From positions 9,041,625 to 9,105,624 of the forward strand of contig CM082579.2 in NCBI GenBank assembly GCA_040954595.2: DNA of 64,000 nucleotides, in the 5' to 3' direction. Made by a program: the position numbers and the translations under genes. This document shows, one piece after another, positions 48,864 through 61,408 of this stretch. How positions within the stretch are numbered: the first letter of the stretch is position 1; each line of letters begins with the position of its first letter. The notes under the pieces are model-generated. The model had not been told where the DNA came from and made no database searches. It saw nothing but the letters and a program-made list of their open reading frames with translations. This DNA comes from Balanoglossus misakiensis. Its lineage: Eukaryota; Animalia; Hemichordata.

Positions 48864-50291
48864 ACAAGGACGTTCACAGTCCTTAGATTTACATATCAGC
48901 TGGTGACCTTTCACCCCTGAGATTGATCAGGGTGTCTCTCAGTGGTCCAGTACCCTGGCCCAACCTGTTTATTCAGTCACAGAAGTTGAACTGCCTCCTC
49001 AAAACTAGAAGAAAAAATCACCAATTATCTGTTGTGGATACATGTATATGGCACTTGGTCATACCCCCCACCTAAATACAGTTTTACCGACAACATGGCT
49101 AGTTACTTGATAAAGAAAAGTTTGATCCATTTATAAATATCAGGTTGAACCAGCATACTTTTGTGGGATGTTTACCATAATGAATGGCTTGCTTCTCCAT
49201 CCTTTTTGTACTTAGGCAGTTCCACTTTACTTAAATTTTACCTGTGACACAAGTTACATCAAGAGAAAAGTGTTGTAAATATGTTACAACAGTCGCATGT
49301 GTTTGACGGTGGTTCTTACAGTGGCTTCTTTGACTGTATAGCTGGCTTTTGTTTTCTGGGAAGACTTTTTCACGTGCCAGAACAGTTGAGAAATGTTAAT
49401 TCTGAAGCTTTCTGCTGAAATGTTTCAACTTCCAATTTGTTTTTGTTTTCTTCATGAACTTCTGGTGTGAAATAAATCAGCTGTTTTTTGTGATATATCC
49501 TGTATAGTTGTGTAAAGATGGAAATATTTTGAAGAATATTTTGTATTTTCCCCTCTCTGTTTTCTTTAAAGTACTGTGTACAGTGTTGCAATTGATAAAA
49601 TGCAATAAAGGTCTTCTGGAATACTTTATCATTAGTGTTCAATTTTTCACATGAAAGTTCGGCGGTAATGAGTTGGAAAAACTGCTTTAAGTAACCTTTT
49701 TACTCGGCCATTTTAGTTCTGTTGGAAATTTTCGTGACGTCACCCAACTTTTTGCACTATGGGAACCAGCAGTCATTTGAAGAAGTTTCCTCAATAAATT
49801 TATTGTTATGTGTGAAACAAATGTTTTGCTCGACGTGCAAAAAGTTTACACCGTGACTTGAAAAGGTTCAAGTTTGTTCCTGTAAAAAAATTAACTATGA
49901 TTTACCACGAAAAAAAGTTTCCTGTACATATTTACTAAGTAAGAGTTTTAGGGGATACATTTCTTGATAAATATTCAACGTTTGTCAATGAGAGAATAAA
50001 ATCACAGTCAAAAAGTTTATATCAAAAATATAATTTTTGTTTTGCGTCAAAATTACAGTTGCCGCCGCCAAAATTGGTCCTGGGGAAATGATAAAATATC
50101 TCAACATTAAAGATATTGTCAAGAAAAACAAAAGCTTAACTTTCAAAAAAATAAAAATATCCTTGGCATGTATGGGCGACCATAGAAGTTCGAATTTTCC
50201 AATTCGCTCAAGTACAACACCGTTTACGAGTCACCATTTTATCGACATCCTGTAAAAATGTTAATGAGCAGCCCTGACGACACGAAACGAC

Positions 50292-50339
50292 CTTCCGGTG
50301 ACCGGTAAGGTCAAGGGTCACGTAAACGAAACATGGCGA
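50292..50339 (+). promoter_or_regulatory. DHHC gene proximal elements: ETS-like CTTCCGG, nuclear-receptor DR1 AGGTCA-A-GGGTCA, YY1-like ACATGGCG over the ATG
   Basis: DR1 at 50308-50320, cttccgg at 50292-50298, ATG at 50333. Confidence 0.45.
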
Positions 50340-53300
50340 CGATCGGAGCGGAATCAGGGCACGGGCACGCTCACGATGGAAATCGTGCTGGAAATGGGTC
50401 TAAACCACAGGATGGCAAGAACTCAGACGCCGTGGACAAAATGATGAGATCCCCGATAGATATATTCCAGTCCTGTAAAACTGGGTGAGTAGGAAATGGT
50501 TGTAAATGATTGACACGTCGCAAACTTGCGGCTCCCACTCTAAAATATTGCGTGTCCCAGCGTGGTTTCCCGGTGGCTTTAGCGTCGCTTAGCCGCGCAA
50601 TTTCTCAGTCGAAATTACACTAAATATTTACTGACAAATACATGCACAATTTCAAATAATTTCAGACTTGTTTGTTACATAAAATTCAGATTTTGTCCGG
50701 GATATTGAGGCGTGAGGAAATGTTAGTCGGTGTAGTGTACTGTGTAGGTAAGGTGGAATGTATGTTTCATTTGTTTGGTTTTTAGGCATGTAAACACGAC
50801 GTTTCCAACGAATCCGACAGAACGGTGTTTTACAATTAATTGCGTTGCTGTTTGCTGTGAATGTTTGTAGTGGTGAGAGTTTACACAATGGCAGTTGTGC
50901 ATACGTAATTTTTAAAACAATGTTTAAATAAAAGAGGAAGAATGCGGAGGTCCGAATGCGGACACCCGAGGTAATAGGAAAGCCAGCCAATCAGCAGTCC
51001 CTCTTTGAATAATTCGTCAATTTTTGACAAAGCAGATTCAGTTTTGATATACAATCTCTTTGCAAAACCGAAAGTTCGAAAAGCAGCTGGTGAGGAGAGT
51101 GATAAGTCACAGTCATTGGTCCAGCAAAAATAGGGCTGTGTGGAGTGACCGAGCATATTGGCAGAGTAGATTTTATATTTTTTTAGAATCAAGAATTAGT
51201 GACATATTAATAATGAGAAGATCACCATGCCAATCAATTATTGAAAAACAAATGTTCTCAGTCCATGATAAGTTTTTAGTAGAATTTTTCAAGTTGAGTA
51301 ATTTTAAATTGTGAATGTGATACTTTTGGCATAGTATTACAATACATGCAGGGAATGGCCATAATTCTGAGTTACATTATTTATCGTATGACTTTTGTCA
51401 TTACTATACACTCATGCGTGTTAAATACACAATATTAAATATTTAATTTTGGTTAATTTTTTTTGGAACAAGAGAATGCTTAGTGTTTGTATGGAGGTAC
51501 AACAGGTCCTGCCATGGTGTTTGCAATAGTGATTTATGCACCAGCATTATTCTATGAAGTACTGTAGCCTGGGTGAATTTTCATATATTAATTAATCAGA
51601 CGAGACAATAGAAATAAACTGGAATTAAATTTGTCATAATGCTTCACATCATAACAAGCCAATGTTTCAGCCACAAGTAATGTTATTACATGCATGTTTT
51701 AGTCGACCTCCTCCACAACTGAATCAATTTAAAATTAAAATGGTGCAGTTCATTCATTTTACTGGACACATTGAAACCCCAGTCTCTCGATTCTATGTGC
51801 AAATTTTAATTCAAAGTAAACATTCAATAAATTCCTTGGGAAGTACATGTACAAAATGTGCATGTAGCAAGAAACAAGTGCAACTTTGAAAGAAAACAGC
51901 ATTTACAAAGGTGTACACTGTTACTTTGTTACGTAACCGTTTAACTTGGCCATTATAATGGATTCACATGTAAAATGCTGGTGATATTTTCATTTGTAGG
52001 TTTCTTATCCGTGTCCAGGAACTTGTTGAAGAGAACGGGCCAGAGATCCTGATAGAACAGGATGACAAAGGACACACACCCGTCCACTGGGCGGCGTTGG
52101 GTGGCCACACCAACATTGTCAGGTTTATGGTGGACCAGAAAATTAATATGGGTAAGTCAGTCAGCTGCTCTGTGGAAAAAATGTGTTCAGTATTGATGTG
52201 TATGTTAAGTTAATAACTTGCCAACGGTTGAATAAATATATGATTAAAAAAATATTATAAATTTATTTATTGTATAATTATTTTGTCTGTGCCTTGTATG
52301 TCATGCATTACATTTCTGTAGCATGTAAAATTCTCAGTTGTGCATGGCTTTCAAGTGTTTTGTGTGCAGTGCTAACATTAGTGTCCCTATATATGTATGT
52401 GCTGTCTGCTACATGTGAACACACACACACACACATACACACACACATACAGTGTAATACCATTTTGTTCCTGCAATGCTTTCATTTCATCTAGATGCAG
52501 CTAGAATCTCCCATTTGACTTTAGGTGCCCAGCCGAGGGGCAACGGCTCTCCAGTTAGCGGACTACACTCTGTTGAATTCGGTTGTCGTAGCGACGACGA
52601 TGCTGTAAACATTCTAGGTATATTCATGGTGTGACTGCTAGAAAAATTATCCATAACAGTATTCTTCCCATTCTTTTTTTCCCCGTTTCAAACATTCTTG
52701 ACTGAACAATCTTCCATATCTGACAGACACCAAGTCAAATCTTGTAATTCTCACACAGGCTCTGTGCAAACGAAATGATTCACTTCGTTCTAGAAGACGC
52801 TGAGAAAATAACAATAGAATCTGCTGCTTCTTTTATTCTGTATTTTTATCTTTGATCACAGATGTCCCAGCACAAAAATAGGTTTTTATAGATTACTACA
52901 ACCTTTTCCACGAATACATGTATTTTACAAAACATTACACACACCTTGTTTCACACACTGTAATGTATTATATACATGTATACCTGTGTTTGTGGCCAAC
53001 TATGTAATAGAAACTTGTCTACAGTGGCCTGTTTGTTACAGTCCCTATGCAAGTCACATGCATGTGTTAATTGACCTGTCTATAAAGGCCAGTTTAGCAA
53101 AAGTCTCTTCATTGGCCACTATAGACTGGTTTGACCGTTTGTCATATCTGTTTGCTGTGCACTTTATATGTTCAGATGTTTGTACTGTCTGTGGCATGCT
53201 GTATATCTGTCTATTCCTGTCCTGTGTTACCTATATTTGTGTGTGTTCTCCTCATCATTTGTGTCTATCTCAGAAGAGATGGTGCGCATCTGATAGGCTT

Positions 53301-56300
53301 GTTGTTCTCTACTGAATTAATTGTTAAATTTCTGAACTTTTAGAATGATCTCTTGTGCGTTTTTTAATTTTTTATATTTTTTGCCTACGTATAAAGTAGC
53401 CTGATAATGTGAAGACATCTCCGTGCTCCTGGCAAGAAAGTCGCAGAGCACGATTGTCTCAACTTCTCTTCATTTTATTTCTGCAGACGTGGCAAGTAAG
53501 AACGAATTGGAGCCCAAACCGATACACTGGGCGGCGGTCAACGGGCACACAGCCGTGGTGGACATTCTCTTGCAGAGCGGCGTCAACATAGACACGGTGG
53601 ACGCCAAGGGTTGCACCCCGTTGATCATAGCGTGCCAGTACGGACAGACCATGCTGGCCGGCTACCTCATGGGCAAAGGGGCCAGGCTGCAGCTGGTGGA
53701 CAAGGAAGGCGACAATGCCCTACACTGGGCAGCTTTCAAAGGTATTTAGCTACCGTTACCATGGCAAATTGAGATCTAGCCAATCCCAGATTTTCAGTGG
53801 GTGGCACAGGCGAAAAAAAAAAAGAGCGTCACCATATGTTCTTTAGAACAGTCAAATATGCCATTTCTGACATATATGGGGGTATGTAAATTGGAAGTGA
53901 CTGTATACCTTTAAGGGTGAGATACAGATTGATTTGGGGAGGGGGAGATTTCTGGTTGACTGGATTCTGTGTGAAATAACGCCATCATGGCTGTCTCCGG
54001 AGATTTATAATTGACAACAGAACGTCAAATACGTGTACAGAAATTATGGGGTATACCCATGGACATGGAGACGTGATGTGCATTTAATTTCCCCACCATT
54101 TTGCTCTCAACCAAGTTGGATGTTGACAGAAATTGCGACCCATCTTCAAAGCCACTCACCTTGTTGTCTTGCATATGGTATGAACCTCACCATTGACGAC
54201 AATTGGGTTGGCCCCAGTTGTGATCATATCATAAAAGAGCTCATCAGTTTATTTCTATTTTATTGACTGGCAGGTTACTGTGAGCTGACAAGACTTCTTG
54301 TGTACTCAGGGTTCAATCCAAGACAGAAGGATAACTTCGGACAGGTTGGTATTTTTTTCATTCAGATTGTCATTTTCTGCTTGGAAAGTAAAAGCAAAAA
54401 TCAAGTGAAAGTGAATTAATTTTGAAAATAAAAAGTAAAATTCTCCTATAATGTCTTTTTCTTTCACTGCCTTGAATACAGACGCCATTACACCTGGCCT
54501 GCATCAGTGGAGATCTACTTTCTGTCAAGATGTTGTGTGAGCAAGACGACGTGGACCTAGAAATCGAAGACAACAACGGAAAGACGCCACTTCTACTAGC
54601 CGAGGGGAGGAAAAACTCGGACATCGCCAACTACCTAGGGAAGAGACTTAACGTCCAGAAAAGCTTTTTACCCCAGATAGACCTCAAGTAAGTGGTGAAT
54701 TTTGTCATCTGGCTTTGAAGGTGAATAATTCAATGTCAAGTATGTCATGTTTCTGAGTTGTATAATCATCCTTGATATCATCCAGTTTTTGAGATTCACT
54801 CCGCATGCCAGCCTCATATTCTGATTCAGGAAGATGATAGCATGTCCACATTGGTTATTTTGAGTTGACTTTAATACAATGTACAGATGTCCAACATGAA
54901 TTTCTGACAAGAACCCCACCAGTGTCGGACATGAAGCACATTGACTTGTTTTTTCTGATTTTCCTTACATTAGGAGTATAGTGTTTGGTCCGCCTGGCAA
55001 GTCGACAGGACCGCTACTATTTTATCTTTTCAGTGTGCTTATTTGGGGTTATCCAATCTACATATACAAAGTAAGTATTTGTGTTCATTATGATGGATGC
55101 TATTGTTGGCAGTGTGATCTTGGTTATAACATTAGGTAAATAGATAGATACGGGGGCAGGGTGTAATCACTCTTTTAGAATCACATACAATCACTTTGTT
55201 GCTGCACAATAAGAAGTACAGATGTCTTTCTTTCATTGAAATGTTTATGTTTATTGTGTCTAATGCCATTGGTGAAAAAGTGATCTTGGCTATGACATTT
55301 GTAAGATACATGGCAGTCCAACTTGCTCCTTTTGAAACAACTACATGTAGTCCTAAAATAGTTTGTTGCTATACAACAATGTGCATATGTTTTGTTTCAT
55401 TGAATTTGAAATGCCTATGTGTATTAAGTCACAAACCTTTTCATTGCAGGCATTACCGTTAACGTTTGGCTTCTTCCCCCACTACCACTACATTTTCCTG
55501 ACCATGAACGTGGTCATGTGGTATTCCTTCTACAAAGCCTACACAACAGACCCCGGCTTCTATCAGAAGAACTCTCCGGAGTACGACAGAGCGATCAAAC
55601 AGGTATATATATCCGACAGAACAAATCAAAAGGTGAAAGAGTGTGATTTGCAGCTTCCATTGCTGATTTGTCTTGGATCAATGTTAATAATGTGTTCATC
55701 GGCAAATGAATGCGACAGTACTTCACTAGTTACTGGGCTCTCATTGGTTTATTTTTCCAAATATTGTGCTGTGGACCTTCTCTCCAGCCCCATTCCTTGC
55801 AATACACAACACAAGTAAAATGTTTGATTTTTTATCAGTAAAAGTAAAACCCGTCCATTCAGTCACATCCAGTAAAAAAACATTTATTTCATGTGGTCCC
55901 ATTTGTGTGCTATTCCCTTCATCATCATGATGTCATGTATTGTCAAAACTTCCCAGTGTTAACTGATCATCTCAATAAACACACACTGGTGTGTCTTCTA
56001 TATGACTGGATCTTCCATTGGCCATCTGCATACATGTGTCCATACCATGTAAATCAACAGATACACAAAATGTCTGATAAAGCACACACATTCCAGATCA
56101 CAGTTATTATTTACATGTAAGGTTATTGTCAATAAAACATCATTCAAGCATATAAATGTAGAAGTGTAGTGCATTGGCCCCATGTTTATAATAATCTGTG
56201 CATATATCCTTGAAAATAATATAATTTTTTACTTTCTTTGGACCTTTTGTGTTTTTTTCCTTTATTACCAACTGGTCTTCCAGGTCGCGCACTTTGACGA

Positions 56301-57462
56301 GTGGAAGCAAGGCAAGAACCCGTTGTCCAGATTGTGTCACACCTGTAGGATAGTGAAACCTCTGCGGACAAAGCACTGCCGAGTCTGCAACCGGTGCGTC
56401 ATGCACTTTGACCACCACTGTCCGTACATTTACAACTGTGTTGGATACTATAATAGGTAGGTGCCACTTTGTTACATGTTTGTATGTATGTATGTATGTG
56501 TGTGTGTGTGTCTCTCTCTCTCTCCCTTTCTCTCAAAATGTGACCCTTGCCACCCCTACTTCCTTGTATATGGATCCAGCAAACCTGGCTTTTGATGTCG
56601 TACGTTGAACCAAAGCCTAGCTGCACAGCCTTGCGTGTTTGTGCCCCTTCATTGTGAAGTGTGAGCTTGTCTCGCGTCTATATAGGATCATATGCTACAA
56701 GTCATTGTGTGCAAAATTTGTTATTGAGATTAAATAGTTGTCTCGTGTAGTGCTCATGAGTTTGCATCTTTTTTTCTTTTCCAGAAATTATTTTGTCTTC
56801 TTCGTAACAGCAGCAGCAGTGAACGGGTTCATCACACAACTGTTTGCCATCTCACTCATCAAAATGGAAGGCTGGCGATGGATGTACGTCCTCGGGCTGA
56901 TACAAGTGATTTTCTTCAGTTTCATTTCTGTCGGCCTGACCGTGGCAACGGTAAGTCATTTATTGCTACATCGAGAGTCGGTAGCTGTTACTTTTGATAA
57001 ATTTTGTCAGTATTTTTCTGTTTAGAAATTGCCTGCACATAGCCTTGTTGTGCTTGATGTCCATGGTGGGCCAAGCTCTTGCAAAGGTGGCTATTAAACA
57101 AAATGGCGACAAAGCCAGAGATTTTTCAGCAGACCACTGTGGGCGGCCATTTTGGGCGGCCATTTTGGTAGCCTCGTTTTGGTTCTGGGGAAAACATAGA
57201 CTGCTACCTTGACCAGCCATTGAATCATGTTCGTTTTCTATTCCCCCCCCCCCACCCCCACTCACAGTGGTGTATGGCTGCCTATAATGTGACCACCAAT
57301 GAGAGAATTAACTGGCAACGCTACCCGTACCTTAAGGATGCCCACGGCCACTACTACAACCCCTACAACCGAGGCGTGAAGAGAAACATCCAAGAGTACT
57401 TCCATCTGAAGCCACCACCTCAAGACGAAGATGTGGAGGCCACAAAGACATTTATTGTGTGA
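50333..57462 (+). CDS. Ankyrin-repeat DHHC palmitoyltransferase (ZDHHC13/17/Akr1-type architecture; about 539 aa, 10 exons)
   Basis: Exons 50333-50484, 52000-52151, 53487-53741, 54274-54344, 54482-54687, 54974-55070, 55450-55602, 56284-56456, 56785-56950, 57268-57462. Ankyrin repeats ([46 protein letters not shown]), TM segments, DPG, Cys-rich domain [47 protein letters not shown]. Exact orthology not assignable by eye. Confidence 0.93.
52982..53138. mobile_element. Family C MITE copy (inverted) in a DHHC gene intron
   Basis: acctgtctataaaggccagtttag...ttcattggccactatagactggtttgac is the reverse complement of the 1091-1160 segment. Confidence 0.72.
53745..53914. mobile_element. Family B repeat copy in DHHC gene intron 3
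   Basis: Inverted homology to 22529-22688, ending tatacctttaa. Confidence 0.75.
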
Positions 57463-60210
57463 TGACCCCGTTCTGAACAAACCTTCAATAAGCATACTTT
57501 TTTTAAAACCTCCATACTTGCTCTTTTTAAGTCTTTTTTCCCCCAGCAATCTCATCTATTTTGAGACAGCTGACAGATTGCAAATCCTTTAAGATGTTGT
57601 AAAAAGAAAAGTTTTTTCTCTCTCATTTTTTGAATTTCTTGTAGGTTTTTTATATTTCCAGAGCTTCTGCAATTACTGTTTCTGTTATCTCTCGTTGCTT
57701 CCCTAACTTTGTATGTGTGTAATAACTGCTCACGAGTTCCTTTCCAGTGCGAACACCAACTTTGCCTTGGTGGAATTCTTGCGTAGCCCTTTCTGAAGTG
57801 AACAGCTAGTGCCGACTGCAGCTTCTTAAATTCAACCGGTTCTTGGAAATCTACAGCAATAGTTCTGTTTTAATTATGCACTAGTGTATAGCACTTAAAA
57901 AGTTCAGTAGCTTTGAACAAAAAGCACAGCAATTTTTTTTTAAATTACATGAAAAATGAATAAGAATAAGATGATTATTGCATAGGTGCACGGGCTGGTT
58001 GAAGGAGTTATGGCCATCTCAATTATCCGTTTTGAAAAAAAATAAATCTGCAGGAAATCTGAAGCAATTGCATTTAGTTCTTGCAACAAAACAAATTTTA
58101 GTCCCTGCCCGAATTGACCTCACATGATTAGATCAACAAATATGACAGTAATTACGTTTGCAAACCTTTGTGGTTAACACTGTTTTTAGTTCAGATAGCT
58201 GCATTTGGTCACAAGTAAACTGAGGCCACAGAAAAACTATTATATTGCCAAAGGGGGTATATGGATCAACCAGTGATTGACAAGATTGCATGCCTATACT
58301 GTTTCTGGGAAAATGGTCTACTGTATGAGTGTTTTTACCCTACAGTGCATTTATCATGAACACAAACAGTGTACATAAGTCTCTTCTCAATTTCTCTCTC
58401 CACCACAGCTCAGGTAAAACATAACATCTTAATTGTAATCCTATGCTTAATATGCTTTATTAATTGCGATCTTTAAATTCAATAATTGGATCTGAAAATG
58501 TACTGGAACACTGTAAATATATAGATATTTAAAAGTGCAATGTCTCTGTACTCTTGTATTTTTGTAGTCTGAGAGAAGTGAGTTTAACAATTGTAACATT
58601 TTCATGATTGCCACACTTTTCTAAAGTAATGGCTTTCTTCCAATCACAAGTAATTTTTTGAAAAAGAAAGAATCATCGCAGGATATTATGAGGGCGCTGC
58701 TGGGGTTATTTATTTTTCTGTACCCCTCACTAGCTGTTTTAATCTGGTATGCTGCCAGATATTCCACCGGGGTACTCCATGATCACTGCAGTTCTAACTC
58801 CGCCAATCATCCCAGGGGAGCTTGCGCAAACCCCTGTGGAATCATGGTCTATTTGCATACCTGTATGAACCGATCTATGTGTAATCATTCATGGTGTATT
58901 TTTTTAAACTGCTAGAATTTCTACATGAGTTTTTATATGTACACAACAATGCAGCATACAGTAATATTTTTTTAAATCCTTTTTTTTCGCAAATGTTTCA
59001 TTCCTTCAGCACTGTTGTCTTTATTTTTATGTAGTCAAAATCATTTGTTTTTGTTGCAAACTCGTAAAGTCCAAACGTGACTTGCATACACGTTGCCTGG
59101 ACACATCAGATGTGGTAACATTATAATATTTTGATGGAAATTTCTGTACTGTTGTGTGTTATCGCCTTATCGCGATTCTGAGTGGCACACTTTGAGCCAT
59201 TGACCTCTGAATTGAGAGCGCACGTTTTTTCAATACCCTGCATGTCAGTTTTGTGCTCCCGAATACTAAATTATACCCTCACATGTCCTCTGCATGTCTC
59301 AATCTCACACAGACCACTACATCTTGTTATGGGTATACAAAACTGAGTTGCGAACTACCGTCCGAGTCGCACTTTTCACGAGGCAGGAATCGAGACCAAG
59401 CAAAACCATGCACGTCACGGGAGACAAAAATAGCGCCCCCACTGTTAATTTGACAAAATTCCACGAAACCAAAAACAAAACGATAAAAGAAAACTGAGAC
59501 CAGGTGTGTTATATGAATGTACTGGCAAACAACATGAACAAGGTGTGTCGCGCACTCATGCATTTCTGTTTGCACGCAGAAGTACTCAACATGTACAGAG
59601 AATAAAAAAATATAATTAGGCCGCCCCCGGCCCTCTGACCCGCAGGTACATCGATTTTATAACATGCTTATCAGTTGAAAGACAAAGTACACGTATTTAT
59701 CAAGAGCAAAGATTCCGTATCATTCGATTCCACGACGATGTAGTTGTTCGTGTATTGTCGCATTGTACGGTGTATGTTGATATTGTCTTCTCTATAGACA
59801 AACCATTGTCCCACAGATATCGGTCTTTGTACCATGGTACGTGCATCATGGACTTCACGCGAGATAATCGCATGGAGCGAAATCTAGTTGAATATACGTT
59901 GGACCATGGTTGGACTGGCCCACCCAAATGAGCATGGGTCGTATAGACTTGCTCCAAGTTGACTTGGTGCACGGTATAAGCGGAACCATCAGCTCAGTCC
60001 CGAATTCGATGACATTCATAAACCAGATATTCAACTGAATATGCTCACAGTGTACATTGATACAAACTGCAATTGTCCACATCTCAGCAATAAATAAATA
60101 AATGTCCCTGAGCACATTAAGATCTATGTCAGATCATATACCCTAGAGTCTATGGTCAGATCAATATTTGTACCTTGTTTCATCAAACGTACATGCAGCT
60201 ACTTCAGTAA

Positions 60211-60419
60211 CACTGTAAAACAGGTTATTTTCGCAAGCAATATATTTTCGCGAGAGCCAAAAGAAAAAACGTGAAAATACAAACAAAGTCGCGTAAAATG
60301 TTTTTCGGGGATAACGATGCAGTATACATAAGGGAACGTGAAAACTAATCCTCGCGTAACAGTTGCCTCTTTTGATATCGCGAAAATTCCCTGTCGAGAA
60401 AATAACCCGTTTTACAGTA
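60211..60419. mobile_element. (T)ACTGTAAAA...TTTTACAGTA MITE, family E; partial copy at about 34075-34236
   Basis: Terminal inverted repeat actgtaaaacaggttattttcgc / gaaaataacccgttttacagta. Internal aaagtcgcgtaaaatgtttttcgg...ataacgatgcagta is near-identical at about 34102-34141. Confidence 0.8.
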
Positions 60420-60565
60420 TTTCACTGGATCGAAAATTTTAGGTAATACGTTACTGTTTGTGGAGAAAAAATAACTGAATTGCGCATGAACTGCACATTC
60501 TAGACTATAGACATCTCATGTAAAGAGAACATTCTAGACCAGACGCCTAGGCCTTATGCTGCAAT

Positions 60566-61408
60566 ATGGGTGGCGCCTGCCAGAAAGAAGAGTACGACAC
60601 TACCGTCAGCCCGGCTTCAAAACGTCCGGATTGGATGTCCCGTCTCGACGACGGAATCTCTCTTGCAAGACTCTCCATTCCCGGTACCCATGATACAATG
60701 ACGTACGTGCGAAAAAGGCCTCGATTCAAGTGTCAATCATGGCCCCTGGATGCCCAGCTAGAGGCCGGAATACGATTTCTGGACATCCGATGCAAACACA
60801 TCGAGAACGAACTGCCTATTTACCCGGCCCAGAACTCTAATTTCAATGATGTTCTCAGCACCGTCACCTCGTTTCTCGGCCGTTACCCTGGAGAGGTTGT
60901 ACTGATGCGGGTGATGATAGAACTGAAGGACGAGGAACGCAGCACCCAAAGTGTGATAGCTATTTTCAAGAAATATACAGGACGTTACAACCCGAAGTAC
61001 TTTTGGACGTCGACGGAAAACAACAAGATCCCGTCTCTCGGCGAAGCCCGTGGCAAGGTTGTCGTTTTGGACGACTTTTCATATGGTCGTGTTGGGATAA
61101 ATTACAAATATTTCGATCGCAATATTTCCAACCGCTGCCATGTCGCGACACTAGTGAGACCCATTGATTGGAAATGGAATTCAGTCGAGAGTAATTTACA
61201 GAGGGCTCGCAAAGATAACGGAAAGGAACTGTTTCTGACGTATTCTAGTGGGGCCAGTCGCGGCGCATTCCCGAACGCAGTCGCCGATCGGATCAACCCG
61301 AAACTGTTGCAGTTCTTCAAGGGTAACCCTGGAAAGCACAGGTGGGGAATAGTTGTCATGGATTTCCAAGGAGCTGTGTTGGTCCAGCAGATTATAGACA
61401 GTAACTGA
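60566..61408 (+). CDS. Intronless bacterial-type phosphatidylinositol-specific phospholipase C (PI-PLC X-domain) homolog, probably catalytically degenerate
   Basis: 280-aa ORF with WMSRL..LSIPGTHDT, CQSWPLDAQLEAGIRFLDIRC, PGEVVLMR, IPSLGEARGKVVVL, LFLTYSSG and WGIVVMDF, typical of Bacillus/Listeria-like PI-PLC domains. The true N-terminus is uncertain. Confidence 0.88.
   Translation: MGGACQKEEYDTTVSPASKRPDWMSRLDDGISLARLSIPGTHDTMTYVRKRPRFKCQSWPLDAQLEAGIRFLDIRCKHIENELPIYPAQNSNFNDVLSTVTSFLGRYPGEVVLMRVMIELKDEERSTQSVIAIFKKYTGRYNPKYFWTSTENNKIPSLGEARGKVVVLDDFSYGRVGINYKYFDRNISNRCHVATLVRPIDWKWNSVESNLQRARKDNGKELFLTYSSGASRGAFPNAVADRINPKLLQFFKGNPGKHRWGIVVMDFQGAVLVQQIIDSN

Noticed and set aside
50272-50289. 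Hammerhead-like core CTGACGA..GAAAC
   Set aside because: Only 3 nt separate the two conserved boxes, so stem II cannot form, and no flanking stems were seen; more likely promoter motifs.
57994-58005. 12-nt complement to part of miR-133 (GCTGGTTGAAGG) in the DHHC 3' region
   Set aside because: It matches the 3' half rather than the seed, and no precursor hairpin was seen; probably chance.
59700-60115. Short ORFs between the DHHC and PI-PLC genes
   Set aside because: No recognisable motif or consistent splice sites in the frames examined.
60566-61408. Bacterial contamination as the origin of the PI-PLC ORF
   Set aside because: It is flanked by a MITE family also present in a WDR19 intron and by spliced genes, with no operon context; it appears integrated, subject to long-read confirmation.
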